From Strigamia acuminata (taxonomy: Eukaryota): DNA of 64,000 nucleotides. Numbering within the stretch: the first letter of the stretch is position 1; each line of letters starts with the position of its first letter. The notes below the pieces were generated by a model, which was not told the DNA's origin, did no database searches, and saw only the letters and a program-made list of their open reading frames with translations. A program made the translations under genes and the position numbers. This document shows positions 1-13,301 of this stretch, piece after piece. The stretch spans positions 15,810,001 to 15,874,000 of the forward strand of contig OX442314.1 of NCBI GenBank assembly GCA_949358305.1, read 5' to 3'.

Positions 1-3000
1 GAAGAAATTCCATTTAAAAAATATATTTAACACATAAAATTTAAAATGCAGGCCAATTAACCGCAACTTGATTGTTGCAACGGCGCTTAATAGCATCAAT
101 TTTAACAAGTTAATTAGCATTTCCAAACAACAATTAAGCCATCAGATTATAGAACTAAGCTGAAGTAAATTTATTTTTAATTTTCCCACTAACTGAGCTT
201 GTAAACCAGTGCGGCTCCCGTTGAAAAACTTCAAATGGCATCAATTAAGACGAATACTTAATCTCTTAAGTGCTGGAAAGTCAAACTTTGGCAGAATACA
301 GAAGAAGAAGAAGAAAAAAAGATGGGAATAATTGTACAGTAATTTTAATAAGGTATGTCACTTGATAATCGAAAAGAAAATTAAATTCCTTCGTGGCATT
401 TCACCCTAATTACAATTATTCTCCTTTAATTGCTTCCATTCGGATGCTACTTACAAATTAATTCCTCATCAACAGTCGATTTTAATTTAAAACCAGTATC
501 TTGTACTCGCAATTATAAAAATCGATGTTTAAAAATGAATCAGTCGAGTTTTTATTTCAATTTTAAATTTAATCGCCCACCATGCGGGAAGTGAAACACC
601 ATTCAAGTATCGGATGACATACTAGAGATTAGGTCAGCTAAAATCTCATTCTTTCTATTCCTCAAGATAGAATTCTGTCGCGTCGACCATTAATCAGCCA
701 CACACGAGTTCAAAGTACAAAGGCAGCCAAAGCAGACAGCGATCCCCGTTCAATTGACAGTTTTCAAAACAATTCTAAATTTGGTAATTGGATCATTCAC
801 ACGTTAGTCACACAGAAAAGAAGGAAAAAAATATTCAATAACGTCTGCAATTCAATTTCACAATAAAATTTGATTTTACTCCTTTTTTCCCCACTTGTAA
901 TGAAATTTCATATCTGATTTCCAAAAAAATATACATAATAATGGATAAATAACGAAATAAAGATAAAAATACTCATTTTGATTCTTTTTCGATAGTTAAA
1001 GCATCGGCATTAAAAACTGAAACTTAAAACTTTATTATATCATTAAAATATCTGCTACTTGGGGTATATCAGATTTATCATCTTTTTAATAAAGTGTTAA
1101 TTTACCGATCATAGCAATTCCGAAGATTTATTGACAACAATATTTTTTTTTTCAAAATTTAAAAAAAAAATATTTATTCAATTTAAAAAATAAAAAAAAA
1201 TAAAAATAAAAAAAAATCAATCTTTGTCCCTTATGTTTATTCAATTAACAAAAACATTCAATTGTTTTACTTCAAATTGTTTACATCAACAAAGTTAAAC
1301 CTTTTCCCCCCCTTCACAGATTTAACCGTAATATATAATACACAAATTTCTATTCTTATTTTCCCGATCCCCAATTTCCCAATAGAGAATATATCTCCGT
1401 TCAACTCCCACCAAAGCCAAAGACCAACATATCAAAAATTCATCCGACACCAATAAAACGCAAAGCCAGCACGCTTAAAACCATAAACCATAACTTGGAA
1501 GCTAGACAAGAGCATTGTGTAAAACTTGATGAATATCACATGAAACTCAACCACAACAAACTCTTGGGAATTGGAATACCGCTAGTCACAGAGAAGAGAG
1601 AGGATTCCAGAAAAACAGCGCGAAAAAAAAACTATAAAGAGGAACCACCACCCACAGATCAATTTTAGTTCCTGACGTTACGACAAGTTGAAGAGGATGA
1701 AAAGAAATCGAACTGTGCTACCAGATAACCCAGAAAAGGAGTATTCGCCTAACGGAGGAGGGATTTAGGGGATCCCAACGTTTCAAATATGAAGAATAGA
1801 ATAAAATAAAAAAAGATAAAAAATATTATTTTTTATTTCCGAAGCCCAAAATCGAGTATTTTATCCCCAACGACAGGATGTTTTTCCGCATTAAGAGCTC
1901 ATTAAAGTAGTTAGTGTGGTAAATATGCCTAAAAATAATGCCCCGCTTCTTCTCGTTTCCAAAACAAACAGAAACGAAAATATACCTAACGAGGGATGTA
2001 TGAAGAAAAGAGGTCGAAATGTAAACAAGCAACATGCAACCGAGTTATTAAACTCCCCTTTGCAGTCATTCGTCTTCTCAATTTATTTCCAACCTTAAAA
2101 GGATTTCATTTCTCTCTTATTATGGAACCAATTGCCTGATATTTGATGTTTCTAGATATGGATGTGGGTGGTGCGCTCTGAACGAAAACAACAAACTCGA
2201 AAAAGAACTTTTCTACTTATTATTGCATGAGTCAGAAAAAGATTGGTGCAATGAAAAACTTGTGTTTGGTTAATGCATAAATAATCATTACAATTAAATT
2301 GATGATTGCAATCATTAAAAACATTAGAAGAGTTTAATCTAATACAATAATCATACATTTCAAGTCGAATGAAGGGCATCAAAAATTTTTTTTCTCTGTG
2401 TAAATAAAAATTGGATGGCTGCTATCCATCCATCAAATCAAAAATGATATAAAGAAGCCTAATAACCCCTTCATTCCAAGAATGAGCCTTGAAAAGCAGT
2501 CGTGAGTAAGGCAAGGCCAAGTAAAGCATCGGATGCTCGCTTGACCTTGTATTCTGATCTAAATGAAAAATAGCTTCGCAGATGCCACATTAACGAGAAG
2601 AAAAACTTTAAAACGTTTATTTTAAGAACTAAAGCAGGTTAACAATTTTCCATCCCTCACTAATTCTATTTTAATTTATCCTTTTCATTTTTTTTTCCCT
2701 TCTAATTTTTTTTTTCTTTTTGGGAAAAAATTAGTCCCAGTTAAAACAGACATTCACAACATTTGCTCGTGTCTACTTAACGGCATTGCCAATGTGAATA
2801 TGATGGATGTGTGTTGAGGTCGCAAAGCCGCTAACCTATATTTCTTTTCTTCTTTTCTTCATTTTCTTGGCCGTGGACCTTCTCTTCTGCTTTTGAACTT
2901 TTCCTTTCCACCAACCAATTTAAATTTTTAAATTTTTTGAATTGGAATTAAATGAAAACAACCAAAGTCACTCTTAATTTGAGGTCAATGAAATGAGAAA

Positions 3001-6000
3001 AGGCAGAAAAGAGAAAAAAATTCCACTCAATTGTATGTTTTTTATATTTTTTTTATCTTTACAGTTACTGAACTCATTAAACTCATTATTTCCTGGTAGA
3101 AAACAAGATAAACACGAATTTTGCCTCCCACTTGAAGCAGTAATTAAACCTCAGTAAATCATCATTACTCCACGCCATAAATCCTCATTATCAGGATGAA
3201 ATTTATCAATTATTTGAAAGTCTAATTAAAATTTCATTTTTTTCTCGATTTTTCATAACAATAAAAAAAACGACTCTTTGCACATCTCTTTGATTTAGAC
3301 CGAAAAATCAAAATTCAGCAATAAAAAAAGCAAAAATATTAACATTTTATGGGAAAAAAAAGATCACTATTAAATCCATCTATTTCCCCTTTAAAAACAA
3401 GAGGAAAATACTCCCAATATTTTCCATTTTTTTCCCCTTAAATTTTCAGTGCAGTACTGAACTGATTCCATCCAGAAGAAAAGAAAATGAAGAAAAGAAA
3501 AGAACAGTGAAAGACAATATTTTGAGTGCACTCAGTACTTTTTTTTGTCAGTCTGGCTTACATTTTCAAAATGGAAGAAAGGAAAGTAGAAAAAAAGAAA
3601 AAAAATATTCACTTAGGCACAAAATGCCACTCAAAGTCACTCGGTTTTGTACCCCACTCTGTCATTTACGTCACTTAACTGTATCCCGTGTACAAACTCA
3701 CAACTGTGCACATTGGGCAGATTAAATTTACAGACGAGATAAAAAAAAAATTATAACCAAAAAAAAGTTTGAAATTTCGGTGAAAAACAAAATTGAAATT
3801 CTAGGCAAACCGTTGGAAAACATCACGTAAATGCATTCCAACAGACACCTGATATTGATGAAATGTAACCTCCACAGCGTCTACAATAAAAACTTATAAT
3901 ATGCGGACATTCGTCTTGGCCAACCGTTGGCAATTGAACAGTAATGGCCGTTCCATGTCAACAACTTGACATAGCATTTCTCAAAAAGACACGCTTTTTC
4001 CATTTAGAGTCGCACACACTGTTTCAAAGGTTGAAATTAAATTGTTTTAAGACATGCGAGCAATTATTCCGGCTTTATGTACATCATAACAAACCACAAC
4101 CAAGGTACCGTAGTTTCCTAATCAACTTTCTCTGGTTACGACATGTGATTCATTTGAGCACTAATGGCCACCACATTGCCACACAAGCAAAGGTTAATTT
4201 TATGTAACATCTAATGCAGACACCTATCCTAGTCGTAATGAGAAAAATTACAATCTCCAAGGTCAAACGCACACAGGTTAAAAGTGTTGTCTTTAAACTG
4301 ATTTTTACTGCTAAAATTTTACCCATTTCATTAAGCAAATTCGGCTAAATGTTCCTGTTTATGCTTATTAAAACTACAATAAAAATAGCATCACTTAATT
4401 AAGCCATTTAATTAGTGCAGGTGTTTGGCTTGCAAGACGAATGTTGCACGACAACCGTTCAAACAATTCGATTCCATTCCTCCTTGAATGTTATTCCAAG
4501 TCCTCAGCAATTAAATTGATTCACCGTGGAATTTCTACGATGTAATACTAATAAAGCAATGTGGTGAAGCTGCCCACTTGGTATTGCAGGGGCTCAAGTA
4601 GACCTCTTGAAGCGCATTAAAGAACTCGAAAATCGCCAATCAGAGGACATAAACAAGCGAGATAAGTTTGACGTAAATATTTTACTTTGCAGCTAAGTTG
4701 ACAGAATCTCCACACGTGTGAACAGATGCGTTGGTATGCAATTTAAATATCTATCATAATAATCTCAATTCCCCGCGCGGCCATATTTCTTTAAACACCC
4801 TGTAAGTTGGGTGCAAAATGCAGCACATTTGCGAACATGCACCTACTTGTGCACCCACAGCAAATGAAAGATAAGTAAAACTTTAACCCATCAATCTGTC
4901 ACATTTATGCATGTAGCGTTTGCTAAGTTGCTTATCACATGTGAGCAACTGTTATAAACACGCACGTCAGCTTGAACTTCAAAAATCAGGTGCAAATCTC
5001 GGCTACACGTGCATTTTATTACCACATATACACATTACTTCTACCTATTTTATCACACACCATGCACACAATCGTGGCTCGAGTTGCATACATGTATCAT
5101 ACTTAAGACTAATCCTTTGGGTATGTTATACACAGTTAACTTTACCATAAGGGATTTTCACCAGCCACGTTTAAACATTCAAGACAAATGACATCTAGCA
5201 GAGAAAACCCTTCCAACTCTCGCTTCCCCTCCAAATTATAATTAATTTTACCGCCTAGCGATTTAATCCAGAAACCAAATACGTGTACAAAATAATTTCT
5301 CTCTTCCTGTCATTTAGTATTCATGTTAAATACTAGTCGTCAATTAAAAGCTGCTGCTCACACTATTAATGTAAATATAGAAAATATTGATTTCTCATTT
5401 TTAACATGATGTAAACCGATTTAATTAAAATAAAACTAAACATACTCGTTACTCAATACACTTCAATGCCCACTGTGATTTGTAATCCCACTAAATTAAG
5501 CTCTTAATTCGGGTTTCAACTATGGTAATGTGACATTTGCTACATCAAACAACAGTGTAAACAAACCTATATATACACTGCTGTACCTGGAATTAGAGGT
5601 ATAAAATTAAACATGAGGAATTTCGAAGAAATCATTGTTTACGTGCAACGTAAACAAATAAAACAAACAAAATAAAAATAAAAATACATTCGGCTCTTTC
5701 GAGGTTCATGACATCTCATTTCATTTGTTTCAACTCGAATTTTCTCCTCGTGTAAAATATTTTAATAATAATAAAAGTGAATCAATAAAAACCAATCATT
5801 TTATTTTATTTTTATTAAATTGCAAACAACTTAATATCTGATTCCATTGCAAATTAAGTCTTCTAAGTGTACTACACTAACTTAATCAATAAACTCCAGT
5901 GTTAAAGTGGAAAGAATCAGAATGGAGCAATTTAAATATTTTACCTTTTTGCTAACTCTGAACTTTTCAATTACCCTGTTCAATTCGAAAATACAAAATT

Positions 6001-6547
6001 TCCCCATTTCTTTTTTCAATCCTTCCCCATTAAACAAATCACGAAATAGGAAAAAAAAAAGAACCAACTCATTTAGCTTTTCAAAAAAAAAAAATTTAAA
6101 AAAAAATTCTTTTACATTCAGGAGAGATTTTGGGAATTGCACTTTCCCAAAACCAAAATACTCACAAAAATTGAGATTGCAAGTGCATGCACGCATATAG
6201 AATGCACTACATATATGCATAGTCAACTTGACCCAAGGTCATCTGATCTTATATATATATAAATAAAAACTATGACCGAATTGGACAGCAATTTGGCCGA
6301 ATCAGTTTCCAAGCCAACTGCAATTGCATTAATAATTCAGGTACAAAAACCCTTTGGTCAATTTACTTTGATTTTTTAGACAAACTTTTCACTAAAACCA
6401 AATTAAAATAAACCCTCACTAATTCCTTAGAGTAATCTAAAATTCTCAACAAAAAATAAATAATAATAAAACCCCAATAAAAAGTATGGAAAGAAAAAAA
6501 AAACCAGCGAGTAAAGAAAGAGAAAAAGAGCAAAAAAAGACACTTAC

Positions 6548-9500
6548 CTGATTCGGATTCTTCGACCAACAAACGTGCAAGAGTGGCTTCACATTCCAAT
6601 CTGGTCTTGTGTTCAAAAAATGGATCTTCGCAAGTGGAAATCGTATTGCACATGCACTGCATGTCAACCTTATTGCAGCCGCTGTAATGATGTAAAGTGC
6701 TGCAAGCATCCTGTGGTTCTGTAAAAAAAATTATGTGCAAAAATTTTTTTTTATTTCATTTCTGAATCTCGTACTACACCTCATGGACTCATTCAAAAAA
6801 TTGATTTTTATTTTACTTTTTTTTCTTCCTATTTTTTATTTTTTTTTGCCCCTTTCGATTTTAAACTCAGATAATTGCATTTTCTAAACTTTCTTCACTC
6901 CGCCCTTTAATTATTTTTTATAGAGGAAGATTGAGCTATAAATTTCTTTTTATTTAACCTGTAAAGTGATAGTGAGTGTTATTGGACAGTTATCAAAGAG
7001 TTAAGCAGGTCATCATGTCAAGTAATCGATTTTTTTTCCAGTCTTAATTTTTTTTTAAATCGGAAACCAAAAAAAAATAAAGTTTTGCCATTAAAAAGTT
7101 GAGATTACAATTTTAAAGCTTTAAAAGGCAAACTTTAGTGATTTTTTTTTAAAGAATTTCAGACAAAACTGTGTCAACGACCCTGATGTGTGTCAGCAGT
7201 GTTTTGGCAAAAGATTGAAAAATGAAATCTTATTTTTAGAGCTGTGAAAGTTAATGACTCTGCGTGACGTTGCTTGAGTTGCACGTTAGAAAAACGTTAT
7301 ACTTCCCCCTCGACTAGTGTTTGTTTTTCTTGGCTGCTTAATTTGATTAAAATCCAAGTCGAAAACAAGCAACAAAAATAAAGGAATAACTGTATACAAA
7401 AATAACTAAATTGCTTCAGCTGTGAAAGAAATGAGGTAATGACAGCAGCAAAATACTAATCTCGATAATTCGATTATGAAAATAATCAAAAATGTCCTAT
7501 TTTCGAGTTGCTAAACAAACTGTCTGTCATTTTAAAATGTCGATCACAAACCACGAAAATCCTAATTTTGGGCAATTACACCTAAGCGCATTGAGTGATT
7601 GGTTAAATCAGGTCACGTGATAATCACCCGCAATCTTGTTAGTGGCACAATCGTCACGTTGAAACTCCTTAATTAAGTATATGCCAAAAAATTAAAAATT
7701 AAAAATTTTCCATTCAATTTGAAAGAAAAGAGGAAGAAAAAACACCAATTAGATTTTTTTCTATCCTTTCTGTATTAAATTAACATTTTTCATGCTAATT
7801 ACAGAGCTTTTGTGTCAAGTCATTGAAATTGTGATACATTTAACTCAAAAAAAAAATTTTTTTTAAACATAATTGAAAATCACCTACTTAGTAAAACCTT
7901 AATGTTCTACTCAAGGAAAAAGGAACTAAAAATCTCCCCATCATAATCATTAAAATTAAAAATAAAAACACCCATTAAGATAAAAATCAAAATTCAAAAT
8001 ACCTCAATGCCCCCCCCTCCCCCCCCCTAAAAAAAAATGTCATTTACTGCTATCACCATCACAATCACTATAAACTCAAACCTTGCTTTTTATAACTCTC
8101 CTAAACTTCTCCTTTGAACTCAACCAGCTTACTAATTATATCATTTCAAACATACTCCTAACAACTTTTTATTCGACCAACTTTACGACATTAATATTAA
8201 AACTATAAAAATCTCCAAGCGGTCAGGTAGCAATTATCTACCAAAATTTCAATTTGCATTTCGGTAGCGAGATGCACGACCAAAATGTCTATTTACTCCG
8301 CACTTTTTCCATGCGCTATCATATAAAATGTTATGATTTTTTTTTCTTTCTTCCTTTTAGTGGCAAATCGTTCTTTTATTACCTGTACCATGTGGAACAT
8401 GTCTCTATTTTTATCGCATCCTGACGTTTTTATGAACTTTCCATTACGAAAAGTGAGAATCAAGATAAACTGTATGTAATATTGTGTCTCTCATCGCATC
8501 AGCTTATAGTGATTCTTACTTAATCGCCCAAATTTACTCAACTTTTGCCTTTATTGGACCACGCAAAAATAATTTACAACCTTCCACAACACATTTCATA
8601 TTTCATTTTCAATAGTAATATCCGAAAGCTTTTCTATATTATAGGGTTATGGTCCCAACTATTAATATTTTTATATCCCACACGCAAAATTAATTTCATC
8701 CAACGGCCAGATTAAGCCAAGGTTAATTAAATAACACGTTCATTTAAACTTCTAAATCCAATAAACCAAAGAAAAACCTATCAAATCAACTACCAAATCA
8801 ATAAACTCTACTCTTATACCCGTGTAGGATTTGGATTACCCAATAAGCACATGTCTGGACCCCATACCTATTTCAACAATAATCTCTGCCAGCACTAATG
8901 CCATCCAGTTCATTTTTCTTACATTTAATTTGCTGCAGTGAATATAAAAACAAACAAATACTAAAATTTCCAACTATTGCATTATTGGCACTTACAGCGA
9001 ACGAGTGTTATTATTATTATGTTTAGCAAAATACATAAAGCTGTCACGATATCATTGCAAATCAAGCTTAATTTATTACAATTATATCTACCGATGAATA
9101 ACTTAAACTGATCATGTTTGATACACCAACCAACTGTCGTTATCTCAATCACAATTAAATATTTGGAACCATCAAAATAAAATACCGCAACAAACCAACC
9201 ATACTTTGGAATGTGAGTATTGGACTGCTCAAACAACTCACACAAGACGCCATTTATTCGATATAATCGGCCCATTGTAGTCCTATACACAATAGGGAGT
9301 TTGTGTACATTGTATAAAATATTTGTAAAACGCAGAACTGGTGGGAAAAAATAGCATCGGCGTAACATTTTGCATTATCGAAGTGTTGCTCAAACTACCT
9401 AAAGATGACGCTTACGAAAAAATAAAACTAACTTCCTTTATTCCTGTCCATCAAAAAAAGTCAACCAAAAACAAAAGGAGAAAAAAAAACCAGAAGCTGA

Positions 9501-12062
9501 AATTAAAAAGGGAAATCTAATTCTCTTTAATTGCAGGGGCAGGATCAAACAAAAGGTTGTTGTCTGGAGGCAAGTCTCACTATCTCCTTTGATTTACCCT
9601 CGAAAAAAAACGACAAGTTTTTGCTTTCAAATCACTAGAAAACAAGTCGTTTAAAACATCGTCTTTAAATTTGAGGCGACTAAACCAAATTGCTTTAACA
9701 TACAATTTACACCATAAAGCAGTGGTTGAAAACACTTGAGCATGTCAAGGGCGTATTAAGGTGAGAAAAGGGCGCCATTGTCTCACTTGCGCTTCTTCCA
9801 AACCAAGACCGGTGTCAACAAACCAATAAGGTCTTAACGCCTTTACTCACGCTAAATTTCTAATAGTTGTTTTTTTTTCCTTCTAAATTTTCACTAAAAG
9901 AAATATCTGCGAGTGCAGAAATTAGTCTTCATTAGTGGCAAATTCTCCGCAGTATCAGTAATGTGATTACAGTAGAAAGCATTTTGTAATTTCTCAAGAC
10001 GAAGCCAAGCATTACACGCACCGAAAAGGGCTAAATAAGAAGAAATGAGTCAGCTCTCTCTATCTTCTTGCTATGGATGTGGCGCAAGGACATTGTGGTG
10101 TTTTCTGAAATGTCTGTCTGGCTGCCTCTTGGCTCGATTAGTATCTACAAAATGTCACCATTGATGGAACATGCTAAATCACAAGGTTGGAATTTGTCTT
10201 AATGTCTTCATTTTAAAAAATGTAGGGGAAAAAAAAAACCATTAAAATCCACGACATCAAAGATGCAGTTAAAGCAATGCTCATAAAAGCGTAACTAGCT
10301 AAAAACACATTAACATGAATAAAAAATGAACGTACCGAAATGGATGAGATATCAACTTACTTTTAATCCAATACTTATACAAGCAGGATAACAAAACTAA
10401 AAGCAGGTCACTATTATTTCCATATATTTTTTTTTTATATATTTTAAAACCTTTAAATCATCGTATGACTGAAATCTCAAGGAAAAGCACGACGCCATTT
10501 TTAGTGTTAAAAATCCTCACCAGACGAGATTTTACGATTCATTATTAATTTTTGCACTTAGCAACCAGAGGGAGAGGTGATTGCACTGTACTAATGTACA
10601 GTTCCATCCCAAGTAAACAAATAAAATAATTATGCTCGCGTAATGTGTACCTTACAAGTGATTACGTTACCATTACGAATTAGATAGGTCATTACACTTG
10701 TTACGATAGAATCTAATTTAAGCTAAACAAAAAAAAAACAAGTAAAAGAAATAGGAGAATTTAAAAATAAGTAGAGTTAAAGGATTAGATGAATAAGACA
10801 CTAGACACGCATGCGCCGAATGAAAGCGAATGTTTGAATACCTTGAGCTTATTTAGAAAACAATAAAATCGTGAGTATTTAATGTTGTTTAAATTTTCAT
10901 GTGTATGGAGTTGGTTAAAGTTATAGGAACAAGTCGTTGTTAGAAACTAGCCCTATTATACATTATTCATCGTTCAAACAAAACATCCGTTAAAGTTGCA
11001 CTTGAATTGAACAAACCTAGCGGACCATGGCGGAAATTCGTCTTTAGAAATCGTACTGTTTCTTGTTTTTTAAATTTGACATAAAAACTTGAACTAGACT
11101 CTCACCCATGTGCATAGTTCTAAAAATATGTTTGGTTTAATAATAATGTTTTCATTCCATTAGCTATTCATTCAATAATGATAAGAAATTGTGAAGAAAA
11201 AAAGCTAAGAGTCAAGTGAAAAATTGTTCTGCTCATCAGACACACTTACAAAGTTGGAATTTGAGTTATTCTATCAAGGGGAAAGAGTCAAACTCTTTGG
11301 TACACAATTCTAGTTTCCGCTTCACAGGACTGTACTGTGTAATGTGTACTTTCCTCAACTACCCTTTAACAAAAAAATAACCAACAAACAAACAAACTCG
11401 GACAACATGTCTTGAAGAGTTAATTAAATTCCAATGAATTAATTATTAATAGCTTGTTCGTAATTACATAAGTTTGAGTAATCACATGAAAAACGATTTT
11501 AATTAAACCGAGTTTTGTGGATTTAAATTGCGCTAACAAACGTACTAATTAGGCTTAGTAGCGTATAATTATAACAATAACCAGGCGATTTTTGCCTCGT
11601 TATTAAGACTGGAAATTGTAATCGATAAGTTTACGATGCAGTTTACAACTCTTTTCAAAGACGCAATTCAAAGATTTATTTACATAATTTAAATATTTAA
11701 GATAAAAAATATAGAATAAAATAAGTGTTCATACCTTTGCACATTCCTTCTTCGTCCCCGGTAATCGGCTGACCAGACTGAATTTTCAGAAGGCAAACTA
11801 GTCCTTGATCGCATTCCCCAAGAAGACCGAATTTACCGCCGCACGTCTCATTGGCGAGGCGGGCACAAGTGAGGCAACAACCGCATGCATCTTTCGTCGT
11901 TCCACCGGCACAATCGGTCGGAGTTTGGCACCGTGAATGGTCACAAGAAGCACACGAATGAGAATCCACCTCACTCACCATAAAGTTTGAAATTAAAAAT
12001 ATAATACACGTCGTTTTAACCGCTGTCTTGACATGAAACAAATTCGCAACGTCAATCAACAT
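6548..12062 (-). CDS. CRIM1: Cysteine-rich motor neuron 1 (CRIM1)-like protein, first two coding exons (11735-12062, 6548-6718); gene continues beyond the left edge
   Basis: Exon 1 has a signal-peptide-like N-terminus plus an IGFBP domain (CASCDHSRC...DACGCCLTCARLANETCGGKFGLLGECDQGLVC...GDEEGMCK) and a GTATGA donor. Exon 2 (EPQDAC...GCNKVDMQCMCNTISTCEDPF...ECEATL) is in matching phase 1 with TTACAG acceptor and GTAAGT donor, and resembles the CRIM1 segment after the IGFBP domain. Confidence 0.85.
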
Positions 12063-12439
12063 TTTTCCGTCGATTAAAAAGTAGGTGAAGTTTAGAAATA
12101 AGTTGTTCGTAGTTGGTAAAAAATTATTCAAAATTCGAAAAAACGCTTTAAGAAGAACGGCGCAAGCAACAAGAAACTAGGTTATATTCAACAACATCGA
12201 GTCCGAAAAAAGAATCAACTTGGAGCAGACTGCCAAGGTTAAAATCGTTTAATTTATCTCACCAGATCTTGAGTGGAGCAGAAAATACGCCACGTTCCCA
12301 CTCATCAGCACTCCGGCGTTGGTTCTCACACGGACGGCATGCGATCTGCTTGAACGAGCCTTCCAGATCATTCAAATCGACCGAACAGCTCGGTAACTTG
12401 CACGCGTAAGTGACAAACTTCCCCATTTACCTGCGCTCA

Positions 12440-12520
12440 CAGTGTCAGTGGGTGGGGTCACAGTCACGTGACTAAATAGTTTACGATTGGCCGATACGTG
12501 AAAAGATATGACGTCATTCC
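12440..12520 (-). promoter_or_regulatory. Probable CRIM1 proximal promoter
   Basis: Palindromic E-box AGTCACGTGACT (12462-12473), CCAAT box on the minus strand (ATTGG near 12486) and CRE TGACGTCA (12509-12516), clustered about 400 bp upstream of the CRIM1 ATG. Confidence 0.5.
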
Positions 12521-12647
12521 AAACGAGCAAGAAAGAACTTAACATTTCTTCTCCCCAACTCGAGAAAATATTTTCCTTCGCCGACACCGTGAATATTACA
12601 GTGCGTGCATGTTTTGTGTTAATGGATTCGGCGACGTGCCCTACAGA

Positions 12648-12661
12648 GCGACATCTGCTGA
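12648..12661 (-). promoter_or_regulatory. CTCF-like motif
   Basis: Minus strand reads TCAGCAGATGTCGC, close to the CTCF core consensus; lies between the SNX5/6 3' end and the CRIM1 promoter. Confidence 0.35.
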
Positions 12662-13301
12662 CAAAACTCTACCTCGCGTTTAACGTATCGCTATTCACTG
12701 GACAAAAAAAAACACCATTTCAGTCTCGTGTTCTATGAATAAATCATAATCGCAAAATATTTATTAAAGAACATGAAATAATCACTTGTTTATTACAATA
12801 ATTTAAATTTTTCATCCCCATAGCTCGCTACGAATAACAAATTTACAAATATTCATTACCTTTTGGAAATAAAATTTAACAGGCACATTTTTGTTTTCAT
12901 CAAAATAACATACGTAAAGAACAATAAACATGACTTATCAAACACATTCGTAAATACTATAGTGTTAAACCATCACTACAATCAGGAATTTCAAATTAAA
13001 AGTTAAATACAAAATGGATCTTAATTGCAATCTTAATTTTATGGAACGACTACATGTTTTCAAGCCTCGCTCGGTACGCAAATGTAAATATAGCGATTAA
13101 ATTTTAATTAAATACAAAGGAAAATAAAATTGCGGTATTTTCAACAACAAAAAAATCATCAATACATTTTTTTTAATTCATTTTTTCCCCCTTATCTCAC
13201 TTTTGTACTTCGGTTATTATTTAACTTGTTCAGAAGAGGCGCAAAAGCTTCCTTAATGTGGCCCGTGATTAATTTTTTTCGTCTTTTTATTACAATCGTG
13301 A

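Noticed and set aside
4590..4672. Coiled-coil-looking peptide AQVDLLKRIKELENRQSEDINKRDKFD on the + strand between AG and GT
   Set aside because: Weak acceptor, no partner exons or start codon found; likely chance.
5882..6226. Overlapping Phe/Lys-rich ORFs
   Set aside because: Products of poly-A/poly-T tracts.
8982..9368. 128-aa ORF in CRIM1 intron 1
   Set aside because: No recognisable domain, no convincing splice signals, and composition typical of AT-rich non-coding DNA.
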